A stretch of DNA of 64,000 bases from Patescibacteria group bacterium (GTDB lineage: Bacteria; Patescibacteriota; Microgenomatia; UBA1400; PJMF01), in contig JBBDKV010000017.1 of the NCBI GenBank assembly GCA_040879165.1, positions 23,739 through 87,738 of the forward strand, in the 5' to 3' direction. The first letter of the stretch is position 1. Each line of letters begins with the position of its first letter. Positions 9,464 to 18,490 of this stretch are shown one piece after another. The position numbers were made by a program, and so were the translations under genes. The notes beneath the pieces are model-generated. The model had not been told where the DNA came from. It was given only the letters and a program-made list of their open reading frames with translations, and ran no database searches.

Positions 9464-10621
9464 ATGAAACAAAGTTTTTTCCATCAAGATTTTTTGAAAC
9501 ACGTTGATCTCAATCTTTTCAACCAGTATTTACTTTCCAAGAATCTAACTGAAATAAGTACTCCAGATAGTAAGGCTGACAAAGCTCAAGCAATGTCTGA
9601 CTATTTAGTCAGTTTGACCGATGCGGACGGCGATATTGTGGTCAATGATCTTATGGTAGTGAGAGATTTGTCATCAGACGGCGGTGTGATTGCCATTATG
9701 GAGCTATCGGAGGAAGCTACTTTCAAGCAAGCCCTCTCGGAGCTGACAAGTAACATCAATCGGGTGCTATATTGCTTACTATACAAACCAGATTTGATTG
9801 AACCAGCTCTCAAGTTGAAGCAAATCACAGCGACTGAAAACTTCCACGTTCGCAGGGTGACAAAAAGCGTTGAGGCTGACCAAGTATTAGCCAAGCTCCC
9901 TGAGTTCAAACTTGAGTTGACTGCTTTCTTGCAGAAAGAGGAAGCAAAAGGAGCGAACTGCCAGATAGATAGCTATCAATTCAAAGATAGAGTTTGCTTT
10001 TTTGCCTATCCAGAAGATCATCCCAAATCATTGAATCTTTATCAGAACGGGAAGCTCAATCCTACAGTAGTGCATCCTAGCTTTGAGTTGGTTTTTGTCT
10101 ACTATCCAGAAATGAAACAGCTAGAAATAGCAACCCGAATGAGAAGCAAAAAATTACAAACTCTGTTCAACCTTTTCAATCGTGCTGTGCTAGACGACTC
10201 TCAGCCAGTACCAAACAACCAAGACACACTCAACCTCGATGTGTTGCTTACTGATGGATTTAGCTTCATTTTTGACCCGAGCTACCAAGTTGATTCTATA
10301 TGCGTAACTCAGATTCGCCTTGACTACAAGTACAACCGCAAGAAACGGTTTATCACCCATGTTGATGAGGGTAACGGCATGGAACAAATCTTAGAGGAGT
10401 TAAAATATCGCAATTTACGAGGTGATAGTCTACAACACTATGTGGTTGCCCAAGCTACCATCAAATTGCGTTTCAAACAGTTTGGACGAAGCAATCGGGT
10501 CACCACACTCTTGACCGCACCAGACAAAATAAAGCTCAATGAAACAAATCCTCACCAACTCGCCAAGAAGTGCCTACAGGACTGGAAAATCATCAATGAG
10601 CCACTCACAGACGCTGAATAA
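9464..10621 (+). CDS. Hypothetical protein, 385 aa, no recognisable domain
   Basis: Long uninterrupted ORF with a plausible RBS. Its 3' end overlaps the start of the next ORF, indicating translational coupling. Confidence 0.5.
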   Translation: MKQSFFHQDFLKHVDLNLFNQYLLSKNLTEISTPDSKADKAQAMSDYLVSLTDADGDIVVNDLMVVRDLSSDGGVIAIMELSEEATFKQALSELTSNINRVLYCLLYKPDLIEPALKLKQITATENFHVRRVTKSVEADQVLAKLPEFKLELTAFLQKEEAKGANCQIDSYQFKDRVCFFAYPEDHPKSLNLYQNGKLNPTVVHPSFELVFVYYPEMKQLEIATRMRSKKLQTLFNLFNRAVLDDSQPVPNNQDTLNLDVLLTDGFSFIFDPSYQVDSICVTQIRLDYKYNRKKRFITHVDEGNGMEQILEELKYRNLRGDSLQHYVVAQATIKLRFKQFGRSNRVTTLLTAPDKIKLNETNPHQLAKKCLQDWKIINEPLTDAE

Positions 10622-11675
10622 GCTACTAGATGCAGGTATCAACATCAAGGACTTTCAAATAAGTGCTAAAGATTTAGACCAACAATTTAGGCAGGTTGGT
10701 AACATCTTACTCAATCTTGGCTGGTTTACCCAAGATTATGCCACTGGTTATCAATGCTCGCAGTGCGGTGCTGTTCATGAGGTGGTGGCTTTCAATGGCA
10801 AGTATTTTATTGGCTGTGATGTGGACGGAGATTCTGGTTTAGAGACACTGAGCAAAGATGATCTATTGATCTATCGTTTTTCAGCCACGAAGTTCTTTGA
10901 ATGGTTGCAACAATCTTTCTCCTTGCAGGGTAATGTTGAATCCACTGACGATAGGGTATTACTTGGTCAGGGAACGGTAAACGGCAAGCAACGTCTGTTT
11001 ATATTCAGCCATGAAAACTCACCCGAAGCAAGAAAAGTACTCTGTCAGAAATACCTTATCAGTCAGCCTTTGATTCTCTACCTCAGCACCATTCACGATA
11101 ATCACAATCAGGGATATGACATCAACTTGGCTCATTATCTAGTAGTGCAAGAAATGGGTTTGAGCATCGATACAAACTCAGCTTTGAGTGCGATTGCAGA
11201 TTCCATACCGCCGTTTGCAGGTGAGGCTCAGACAAACTCAAGCATTTATGCCATTGAATTGAAGCTTGTGGGTGACAAAATTGTGCTAGTTGGCACAGCT
11301 CTTGGTGGTTCGTATCCAGCGTTCAAAGCCAAGAAGAAAAGAAGCACTGCCATGTCTAGATTGTTGAGAACCCTGCTCAATTTGCATGAGAACGATAAGG
11401 AAACTACCTCTGTAATTTACAAACAAAGCGTGCTTGAGGCGAACTACATTGACCCACGAAAAAACAAGCTAAATGACCTTGCAGAAATTGATCTCAGTCA
11501 AGACAAGCGACCACTGAGTGAACTCTGCTCACTCTTACTACCATACTTACTCGCACACCGACACCACAAAGACGACGGCTTAGTGGTCGAGTTCAAACCC
11601 GCTTTGTCGCAAGAGAGCTGGAACAGACTCCCAGACTCAGAAAAACAGAAGATTCTAGCTTCAAAGGCTAATTAG
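10539..11675 (+). CDS. Hypothetical protein, about 360-378 aa, with an N-terminal CxxC motif
   Basis: Long ORF. CSQCGAVHE suggests a zinc-ribbon-like element. The likely true start is Met at 10592 (MSHSQTL), overlapping the upstream ORF by about 30 nt. Confidence 0.5.
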   Translation: MKQILTNSPRSAYRTGKSSMSHSQTLNKLLDAGINIKDFQISAKDLDQQFRQVGNILLNLGWFTQDYATGYQCSQCGAVHEVVAFNGKYFIGCDVDGDSGLETLSKDDLLIYRFSATKFFEWLQQSFSLQGNVESTDDRVLLGQGTVNGKQRLFIFSHENSPEARKVLCQKYLISQPLILYLSTIHDNHNQGYDINLAHYLVVQEMGLSIDTNSALSAIADSIPPFAGEAQTNSSIYAIELKLVGDKIVLVGTALGGSYPAFKAKKKRSTAMSRLLRTLLNLHENDKETTSVIYKQSVLEANYIDPRKNKLNDLAEIDLSQDKRPLSELCSLLLPYLLAHRHHKDDGLVVEFKPALSQESWNRLPDSEKQKILASKAN

Positions 11676-11837
11676 CCAAACCTCGTCAATCCTCAGTTTG
11701 TGCAATTACTTGCATTTAGCAACGTCCATCAGTTGTGTTTTTTAGTACTTTCTGCGTTTGCGTGCATTTAGCGTTTTGGATCAAAAACCTAGGTGACAAT
11801 CCTCTTGCGAACATAAAAATTAGCAATGAGGATAAGC

Positions 11838-12086
11838 ATGAAAGACGCACACAATTACTTCACTACTTACGATCTGAACCTGTCAGCCGTATTGGTTTCA
11901 CAAAACTTCATTTTAGAAGAAATAGAAAAACCTGAAAGCGGGAAAGCTCTTTTTTACTTCAAAAAAAGCGATGCTCTGCTAGAGACTATTGATCGCTACT
12001 GGAAAAACCAGCTCCAAATCTCCCCTCAAACCTTATTTACCAGTTTGAAATCCATCAAGAACCGCCTGTACAGCGGTTGGAAGTAA
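11838..12086 (+). CDS. Small DUF5659-like protein typical of CPR and phage mobile elements
   Basis: MKDAHNYFTTYDLNLSAVLVSQNFILEEIEK...ALFYFKK resembles the small DUF5659 family. Assignment from memory, not a search. Confidence 0.35.
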   Translation: MKDAHNYFTTYDLNLSAVLVSQNFILEEIEKPESGKALFYFKKSDALLETIDRYWKNQLQISPQTLFTSLKSIKNRLYSGWK

Positions 12087-12286
12087 AAGTCATGTTGAGT
12101 CGTGCCTCAGTGACAAAGTTCCAGCAAATCTACTTCCAAGAGTACGGCATCAATCTAGATGAGCAGACTGCCTACGAGCTGGCGAATAACCTCGCAAACC
12201 TGTACCGCAGTGTCTACCTGCCAGACACAAAAAATATAAGTCAAAAATATGAAACGAACACATCAACTCAGACGAATCAAAACTAA
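12077..12286 (+). CDS. Hypothetical small protein
   Basis: 69-aa ORF overlapping neighbours by a few nt in a compact same-strand array. Confidence 0.25.
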   Translation: MEVKVMLSRASVTKFQQIYFQEYGINLDEQTAYELANNLANLYRSVYLPDTKNISQKYETNTSTQTNQN

Positions 12287-12302
12287 GAAGTCTTACTCAT
12301 CT

Positions 12303-12668
12303 ATGGAGTTGGCTAACTTGCTTGGTGTTCATGTTCAAACAGTACGATCATGGGCAAGTAATGGTTTAGAACCCCTCAGCCCAAACGCTCACAGACCTTT
12401 GTTTTTAGGTCAGACAGTGAAGTCCTATCTTTCCAAACTGCAAGACGCTCGCAAAGTGAAGCTCCAAGTGGGTGAGTTCTACTGCCTACGGTGTCGAGTC
12501 GCCATCACGCCAGAGTTAGTGATTGAGGTTGATCGTCATGTCACCATCGGCAAGCACAAAGACTCGATTTTACTTACCGCCCACTGTCCACAGTGCAACT
12601 GCCCCGTCAATAAGTTTTCTAGCCGAATATCAACCAACCAGAAAGGAAAATATGCTCCTGACGCATAA
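12303..12668 (+). CDS. HTH (MerR/excisionase-like) protein with a C-terminal Cys4 zinc ribbon
   Basis: MELANLLGVHVQTVRSWASNG is an HTH. CLRC...CPQCNC gives four Cys. It lies upstream of the integrase genes. Confidence 0.5.
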   Translation: MELANLLGVHVQTVRSWASNGLEPLSPNAHRPLFLGQTVKSYLSKLQDARKVKLQVGEFYCLRCRVAITPELVIEVDRHVTIGKHKDSILLTAHCPQCNCPVNKFSSRISTNQKGKYAPDA

Positions 12669-12996
12669 ACGGTACGAAGTCCCTGGCGACTGGTATCAAC
12701 CCAAACAGCAACTCCTCACCAAGCCGAGTGTGATGTTGGCTGAGTACTACGAAACATCATCAAGCTCTGGTGATTGGAGTGGGTACTTCTTGCAGAAAAT
12801 CGGTCAAGCCTATCACCTGATTTTATTCACTCAGGAAAACCTTTATCCAGAGGATGGCTTTGAGTTGATGACAGGTGTGGTAATCCACACATTCAAATCC
12901 GAGCCAAACAAACCCGATGTTGCAAAGGTCATTATCTCAGTACTTGAACACTCTCGTAATCACTCACTTAGTAATAACGCAGAAATGAAAGGATAA
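12652..12996 (+). CDS. Hypothetical protein
   Basis: The ORF starts at ATG 12652, overlapping the stop of the previous gene. No motif recognised. Confidence 0.35.
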   Translation: MLLTHKRYEVPGDWYQPKQQLLTKPSVMLAEYYETSSSSGDWSGYFLQKIGQAYHLILFTQENLYPEDGFELMTGVVIHTFKSEPNKPDVAKVIISVLEHSRNHSLSNNAEMKG

Positions 12997-13148
12997 CTAT
13001 GTTGAATCACGCTCAATTATCGTTTTTAGCAGTAATACTCTGGGTTGGAATAACCTATCTGGCAACTGCCAAGAAAGAGTTTCCCTGGCATCTAGTAATT
13101 TTGGCAGTAATTATCACACTCGAATTACTCTCGAAATAGAAAGGCATT

Positions 13149-14264
13149 ATGTCAAAAACCAAAGACAAAAACGAACGCATCAAACGCAAGTATCTCAACT
13201 GGCTACAAGAGGCTGAGGGATTTTCAGAGAAGTCGATCACGGCGGTAGAAAAAGCTCTGTGGAAATATGAAGATTTTATCAAGGATTCAGACTACAGCAC
13301 GTTCAATCATAAGCAGGCTGAACAATTCAAGAAATATCTGACAACCAACAAAAATAAGGTCAGTAACAAAATCCTCTCACTGAGATCGCAATATCACATC
13401 CTCAGGCACGTTCGCAACTTCTTGACTTGGTTATCTGGACAGCTTGGCTATAAGTCCCGTATCTCAACCTACGATGTCCAGTACTTGCAACTGAGCAAAA
13501 AAGATCGGCGGGTTGCGACCTCTGCCTCACTTCCAAAGTATCCCACCCTTGAGCAGATCAAACAGCTTTGTAGCTTTTCAGTTCAAACTGAGCTTGACCA
13601 GCGAGATCGAGCGTTGATAGCCTTTACTGCTCTAACAGGCATGAGAGATCAAGCGATTGTTACCTTGCCACTTGGTTGTTTTGACCAAGAGAAAATGCTC
13701 GTGCAACAGCTCCCAAGCAAAGGTGTTCAAACCAAGTTCAGCAAGGACATTTATACTACTCTTTTTCAGGTAGATGAAACGCTGGCTGGCTACTTTTTGA
13801 AGTGGTACGCTTATTTGAAAACGGAGAAGCATTTTGGGCTGGAAGATCCGATATTTCCGAGTACAGAGGTAGGTTTTGTTAGTAAAAATCACCATGCCTT
13901 TACCCCTATTGGTATTAGTAAAGAGTTCTGGGCAGATACCAATCCGATGCGAAAGATTTTTCAGGAGCGAAGCAAGCAAGCGAACGTGCCTTACTACACC
14001 CCCCATAAGTTCAGGCACTTCATCATCAATGAGGCTCAGAAACACATCACGAGCATTGAACAGCTCAAGGCTCTCAGTCAGAACCTGGGTCATGAAAACA
14101 TAAGCACCACTTTTCATGGCTACGGAGCAATTGATACTTATCGAGTCAATGAGTTGGTCAGTTCTATTGATTTTTCAGGACTTCCCAAGAACCAAGCAGA
14201 AGAAGCTCAACTTGAAAGAATCGCTGATCTTGTCGCTAAAAAATTAGGAAGAAATGAGCTATAA
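13149..14264 (+). CDS. Tyrosine recombinase / phage-type integrase
   Basis: The C-terminal catalytic region has HKFRHF and LGHENISTTFHGYGAI, the R..H..R..Y signature. Confidence 0.85.
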   Translation: MSKTKDKNERIKRKYLNWLQEAEGFSEKSITAVEKALWKYEDFIKDSDYSTFNHKQAEQFKKYLTTNKNKVSNKILSLRSQYHILRHVRNFLTWLSGQLGYKSRISTYDVQYLQLSKKDRRVATSASLPKYPTLEQIKQLCSFSVQTELDQRDRALIAFTALTGMRDQAIVTLPLGCFDQEKMLVQQLPSKGVQTKFSKDIYTTLFQVDETLAGYFLKWYAYLKTEKHFGLEDPIFPSTEVGFVSKNHHAFTPIGISKEFWADTNPMRKIFQERSKQANVPYYTPHKFRHFIINEAQKHITSIEQLKALSQNLGHENISTTFHGYGAIDTYRVNELVSSIDFSGLPKNQAEEAQLERIADLVAKKLGRNEL

Positions 14265-14294
14265 TGTTAGTGTTGACCCAAGTTATAGTGGTGC

Positions 14295-16040
14295 ATGAAA
14301 AAAGGCAGTTCTGCCAACGTATGCACTATGTTGGGTCAACCAGGACTGTCTTTTTATATGAGAATAAGAAAAACACTTACTAGCCTCAAGCCAAGAAAAT
14401 CTGGTCACCCCAAGCAGAATCGGTACATTCTATATGCCCGTAAGTCTACTACCTCAGAAGACCGTCAAGTTGCTTCGATTGAGTCCCAGATCGAAGTGAT
14501 GAAAGAGGTAGCTCGTGAGCATGATTTGGAAGTTTCAGAGGTATTGAGTGAAGCAGGTTCAGGCTTCAAGATAGGTAGACAAGCGTTCAATGCCATGATC
14601 GAAAAGATCGAAAGCGGTGAAGCTGATGGCATCATTGTCTGGAAGCTCTCACGCTTATCTCGTAACCCTGATGATGCGGGCAAAATCATGGGCTTACTGC
14701 AACGAGGTGAAATCAAGCACATTCGCACCGCAGACCGCAACTGGTATCCAGAAGACAACGTGATGATGATGTATGTTGAGTTTGGTATGACCAACCAGTT
14801 TAGTCGTGATCTGAGTTCAGACACTCGCCGAGGATTAGTCAAAAAAGCTGAGCGTGGTTGGTTGCCGAACGCCATTCTCCCACTTGGCTATATGCACAGC
14901 CCATACAAAAAGTTAGGTGATGAAGAAATTATCATTGATAAAAGCCGTTTTGACTTGATTCAAGAGGGTTTGAAGCTGGTAGCTTCTGGACAGAAAACAC
15001 CTGTTGAAGCTCATGGCTATTTAGTTACTCAAGGTGTTGTGGGAAAAAGAAGTGAAGCATTACCTAAAAGCACTTGGTACAAGATGTTAGTTGAACCACT
15101 ATACGCAGGGACTTTTGAGTATCCAATAGGTAGTGGTCAGTTTTATGACTCCAAAGCACCCAGAGCCATAGAACCGACTGAGTACGATGCCATTCAAGTT
15201 GTTTTAGGTAGAAAAGATAAGCCTCGACCCAAGACTCACTTTTTGCCTTACACGGGTTTGATGAAGTGCGGTGAGTGTGGTTGCTCCATTACTGCTGAAA
15301 AGAAGCGGAAAGTGCAGAAAAATGGTAACGTGCATCACTATATCTACTATCACTGTACCAAGAAAAAAGGCGAGTGTGGTCAGCCGTGTACGCCTGTTGA
15401 TACACTTGAGAAGCAATATAAGTCCATTTTGAAACGTATCAAAATCCCCTTAGCCTTTCACGAATGGGCTATTGATGAGATCAAATATGACCAAGAAAAA
15501 GTCATCAGGGATCGTGACACCAGCCTACAACGAACTCGAACAAACTACGATGACTGCCTGAGTGAGATTGATAACTTGGTAAAGAAATACCTTGAGGGGA
15601 AAGTGCCAGAAGACTACTATGATCGCAACCTTGCCAAGCTCAATAAAAACAAAAAGACATTGGCGAAAATCTTGGAGGGTATAGACAAAGGTGTCGATGA
15701 AAACTTGGAAAAAATCGATAAAGACCTAGATTTTGCCGTAACAGCCAGAAGACGCTTCAACCAAGGCAACGACTCCAAACGTCGAGAGATCATTTCCTAT
15801 TTAGGCTCGAACCTCATCCTCAAAGACCATTCACTCGGCATTGAGCTGAGAAAACCGCTGGAATTGGTGGCAGAAATTGCAGAAGAAGTCAATGCTGTTG
15901 CAGAAAAGTTCGAACCTCTAGAAAATGCTGATAATTCGGCACAATTTAAGTTGTATTTGTCTGAAAATCCTGCAATGGGTGGTATACCGGACTTGAACCG
16001 GCGACCTCCGCTGCCACAGAGCGGCGCTCTAACCAACTGA
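14295..16040 (+). CDS. Large serine recombinase (resolvase domain + recombinase domain + zinc ribbon)
   Basis: YARKSTTSEDRQVASIESQ carries the catalytic Ser. GIIVWKLSRLSRN is also present. The CGECGC...YYHCTKKK zinc ribbon fits this family, as does the 581-aa length. The 3' end overlaps tRNA-His. Confidence 0.85.
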   Translation: MKKGSSANVCTMLGQPGLSFYMRIRKTLTSLKPRKSGHPKQNRYILYARKSTTSEDRQVASIESQIEVMKEVAREHDLEVSEVLSEAGSGFKIGRQAFNAMIEKIESGEADGIIVWKLSRLSRNPDDAGKIMGLLQRGEIKHIRTADRNWYPEDNVMMMYVEFGMTNQFSRDLSSDTRRGLVKKAERGWLPNAILPLGYMHSPYKKLGDEEIIIDKSRFDLIQEGLKLVASGQKTPVEAHGYLVTQGVVGKRSEALPKSTWYKMLVEPLYAGTFEYPIGSGQFYDSKAPRAIEPTEYDAIQVVLGRKDKPRPKTHFLPYTGLMKCGECGCSITAEKKRKVQKNGNVHHYIYYHCTKKKGECGQPCTPVDTLEKQYKSILKRIKIPLAFHEWAIDEIKYDQEKVIRDRDTSLQRTRTNYDDCLSEIDNLVKKYLEGKVPEDYYDRNLAKLNKNKKTLAKILEGIDKGVDENLEKIDKDLDFAVTARRRFNQGNDSKRREIISYLGSNLILKDHSLGIELRKPLELVAEIAEEVNAVAEKFEPLENADNSAQFKLYLSENPAMGGIPDLNRRPPLPQSGALTN

Positions 16041-16052
16041 GCTAATACCACC
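15977..16052 (-). tRNA. tRNA-His (GTG)
   Basis: Manual cloverleaf. G-1 plus acceptor GTGGTAT/ATACCAC with C73. D-arm GCTCAGTTGGTTAGAGC. Anticodon loop CTGTGGC. T-arm GCCGG-TTCAAGT-CCGGT. Confidence 0.85.
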
Positions 16053-16200
16053 ATTAGTGAATTACGTCTCACAATATATTCAAGAAGTGTTTATTATACT
16101 AGATTGGTTCCCAGATGTATATAAAATTTTTCTGTTACACGATCATTTTGAAAGCCACTAATTTCCAAGCATGCCACACAATTCTCATCCTTCGAAAGTC

Positions 16201-16953
16201 TTAGTAACCTGAAACTACACAAACACCACTGTTTAATGCTTCATCAAGTGGATTACTCACAACTTTGCCATCAATGGTATAGGTCGTATCCTGTTCTCCA
16301 CTGAAGAGATCTGCGCTCATGCTTGTTCCAACAGATTCTGCCATGGCTCCATCTCTATAAAACTGCGCTACAGTCACTCGCTCATTTTCAGAATACCGGC
16401 ATTCCATTTTGCCATTATTTGGCATTTGCTCAACATACAAGCACTTTCCGTCAACAATTCCAAAAATCTCTTTTTCCAACATATCACCTGTGAGTGGGTG
16501 TTCAAATGTAGTTTTGTAATCAGTGCAAGAATCTAGTTTATCAGCAAAAACCATTTGAGCGTCTTGTGCTTCGCTTAGAGCAACAGGTTCCTCTTGTTGT
16601 GCAGCTGTTCCAGTAGCCGTTTCGATCTCATTTTCACCAGATAGCTCAACTTCATTTGACAGTGCTGGTGTTTCTTCTGATTTGAATAAAGTTTGGCTGG
16701 CCAGATATGCTCCACCACCTACTAGTGCCACACCTACTAAAATTGCTGCAATAATTTTCCAAGTATTGCTTGAAGCAACAGCCGGACCTGCTGAAGACAA
16801 TTCTGGCACATCCTGCGTAGTAAGACTACTAAGTGCCTCCTCGGCATCTTGGTCTTGCCAACCATTGGCTACCAGCGATGATTTAATTTGCTCTCGACTC
16901 AAACCCTGTTGACTTTGTTCTTTAATGTATTCAAGTACTTGTTGATTCACCAT
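16201..16953 (-). CDS. Hypothetical membrane-anchored protein (single TM)
   Basis: 250 aa with a central hydrophobic helix (IIAAILVGVALVGGGAYL) and an acidic extracytoplasmic C-terminal domain. Confidence 0.45.
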   Translation of the reverse strand: MVNQQVLEYIKEQSQQGLSREQIKSSLVANGWQDQDAEEALSSLTTQDVPELSSAGPAVASSNTWKIIAAILVGVALVGGGAYLASQTLFKSEETPALSNEVELSGENEIETATGTAAQQEEPVALSEAQDAQMVFADKLDSCTDYKTTFEHPLTGDMLEKEIFGIVDGKCLYVEQMPNNGKMECRYSENERVTVAQFYRDGAMAESVGTSMSADLFSGEQDTTYTIDGKVVSNPLDEALNSGVCVVSGY

Positions 16954-16984
16954 ACGCTTTCAGTATAGTAAGTTTTTGAAATCT

Positions 16985-17051
16985 ACACCAGACTCGAAAC
17001 GGCAACCTTCCTGCTTAGCGGAACGCTCTAACCAACAGAGCTACTACCACC
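16985..17051 (-). pseudogene. Degenerate tRNA-like fragment resembling the 5' half of tRNA-His
   Basis: GGTGGTAGTAGCTCTGTTGGTTAGAGCG matches the tRNA-His acceptor and D-arm at 26 of 28 positions. The anticodon arm forms only 4 bp with an 8-nt loop, and no T-arm or acceptor closure is present. Confidence 0.3.
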
Positions 17052-17143
17052 AAGAATCCGTATTATACTAGAAATTTAGCGATTTTTATACCGAAACGTC
17101 CTAGTTTGTGCCTATTTTGAATAAAAATTGATATAATACCGCC

Positions 17144-18184
17144 ATGAATACTGACAACTCAACAAACGCACTAAAGAAACAGACGGCAAGTGGCACTGAG
17201 GCTCCGCTTGAAACACCACTTCGTGACGGTGCTCCAGAACAGCCAAACAAGCTTGAGACCGACATGATCGGAGTAATTGAGATCCAGTGGCAATTGGCTG
17301 AAGATATTCGACAACTGGCAATTGATTTGGGCGTGACAGATGCTGATGAGAGTCAGTTTTTCGAAGTGCCGCCAGATATTCGCCAGGCTGTTGAATTGCA
17401 GAGTGAGTTTGCAGAAAAACAGGAAGAGCTAAAAAACGCCACGTTAGAGTCAGATAGAATTCATATCCAAGAACAATTGGTCAGGCTGTACGTCGAGTTC
17501 TCCTATAACACTATTCTGTTGCTCAAAAAGAATTTTAACGCTCGGTTACGTCAACTAACTGCTACACCAGATAGCTCAGTTGATGGAGAATTAGAACAAG
17601 AACTCAGCAAGACGGATGCACTCATTACACTGCTGCATGAGAGTGGCACGCTGCTTGCCAAGTTAGAAGTGTTCAAGTTTGATACGGAAAATATTTTCAG
17701 AAAAGTTGATCTAGCTAGCTTGGAAATTTCGCCAGATTCTCAAGAGGAGTCAAGCGCCGCAGACAAGACTGTACAATCTACTGAGATCAGACTTAAAGAA
17801 TTGCTGTATGAGCTAAATCAGGTTTTGTACGTTCAGCTTGGGAAAAATACGGCAGATTTGCCAGACTTTGATCAATTGCAGGCTCGAGTGCTGCCTGATC
17901 AAATTGAAAAGCTCACAGAGATTAAGCCAGAAGTCATTGCTGAATTATTAGAACATCTTAGTAGCTATAAAGAGCAGTTGCTCAAGGAAATATACGAAGC
18001 CAATCGCCCTACATCGTACGAGAGTCAAGACACTGAGCTGACTGACCAACAAAACGAGATTCAAGCAGAGGTTGCAGACACATTTGAGTTACATCAAGAA
18101 GGGGAAAATACTAACGACACCAACGACGATCAGCAACGTTCTTTTTCGTTTCCCAAAAGCAATCAGAGAAATCAAGCGGCTTAA
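17144..18184 (+). CDS. Hypothetical acidic, coiled-coil-rich protein
   Basis: 346 aa, Glu/Asp/Gln-rich with repetitive heptad-like segments. Confidence 0.45.
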   Translation: MNTDNSTNALKKQTASGTEAPLETPLRDGAPEQPNKLETDMIGVIEIQWQLAEDIRQLAIDLGVTDADESQFFEVPPDIRQAVELQSEFAEKQEELKNATLESDRIHIQEQLVRLYVEFSYNTILLLKKNFNARLRQLTATPDSSVDGELEQELSKTDALITLLHESGTLLAKLEVFKFDTENIFRKVDLASLEISPDSQEESSAADKTVQSTEIRLKELLYELNQVLYVQLGKNTADLPDFDQLQARVLPDQIEKLTEIKPEVIAELLEHLSSYKEQLLKEIYEANRPTSYESQDTELTDQQNEIQAEVADTFELHQEGENTNDTNDDQQRSFSFPKSNQRNQAA

Positions 18185-18224
18185 TTTTTCTTAAATCATC
18201 AGCGATACTCGTGTGTCAAGCATC

Positions 18225-18300
18225 TGGTGCGCCAAGCTGGACTCGAACCAGCGACCTACTGCTTAGAAGGCAGTTGCTCTATCCACTGAGCTATTGGCGC
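18225..18300 (-). tRNA. tRNA-Arg (TCT)
   Basis: Acceptor GCGCCAA/TTGGCGC. D-arm GCTCAGTGGATAGAGC. Anticodon stem ACTGC/GCAGT with loop CTTCTAA. T-arm GCTGG-TTCGAGT-CCAGC. CCA encoded. Confidence 0.85.
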
Positions 18301-18490
18301 GCATTGAGTATGTTAACCAGCGAGCTCTCTGCCAAATGTCTTGCTTACCTATTCAGACATACGCACATCTACCACACCAGTCCAAGTATTATAACTCAAG
18401 CAGCAGCAAAAAACTCCCACGCACTCGCTCAGCACTGACTTGGCAAATTTACCGCTAGTTAGAGTTTGCATATCTTAGTAAGATGAGTAC

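Noticed and set aside
4440-16060. Prophage interpretation of the integrase-bearing element
   Set aside because: No capsid, portal, terminase, tail or lysis genes are recognisable. The cargo is defense-type and small regulatory genes only.
16985-17051. Functional tRNA call for the tRNA-His-like sequence
   Set aside because: The anticodon arm gives only a 4-bp stem with an 8-nt loop. No T-stem pairing or acceptor closure could be found by hand.
18211-18438. 75-aa plus-strand ORF
   Set aside because: It overlaps the well-folded tRNA-Arg(TCT) on the opposite strand and has no RBS or motif. It is an artefact of the ORF track.
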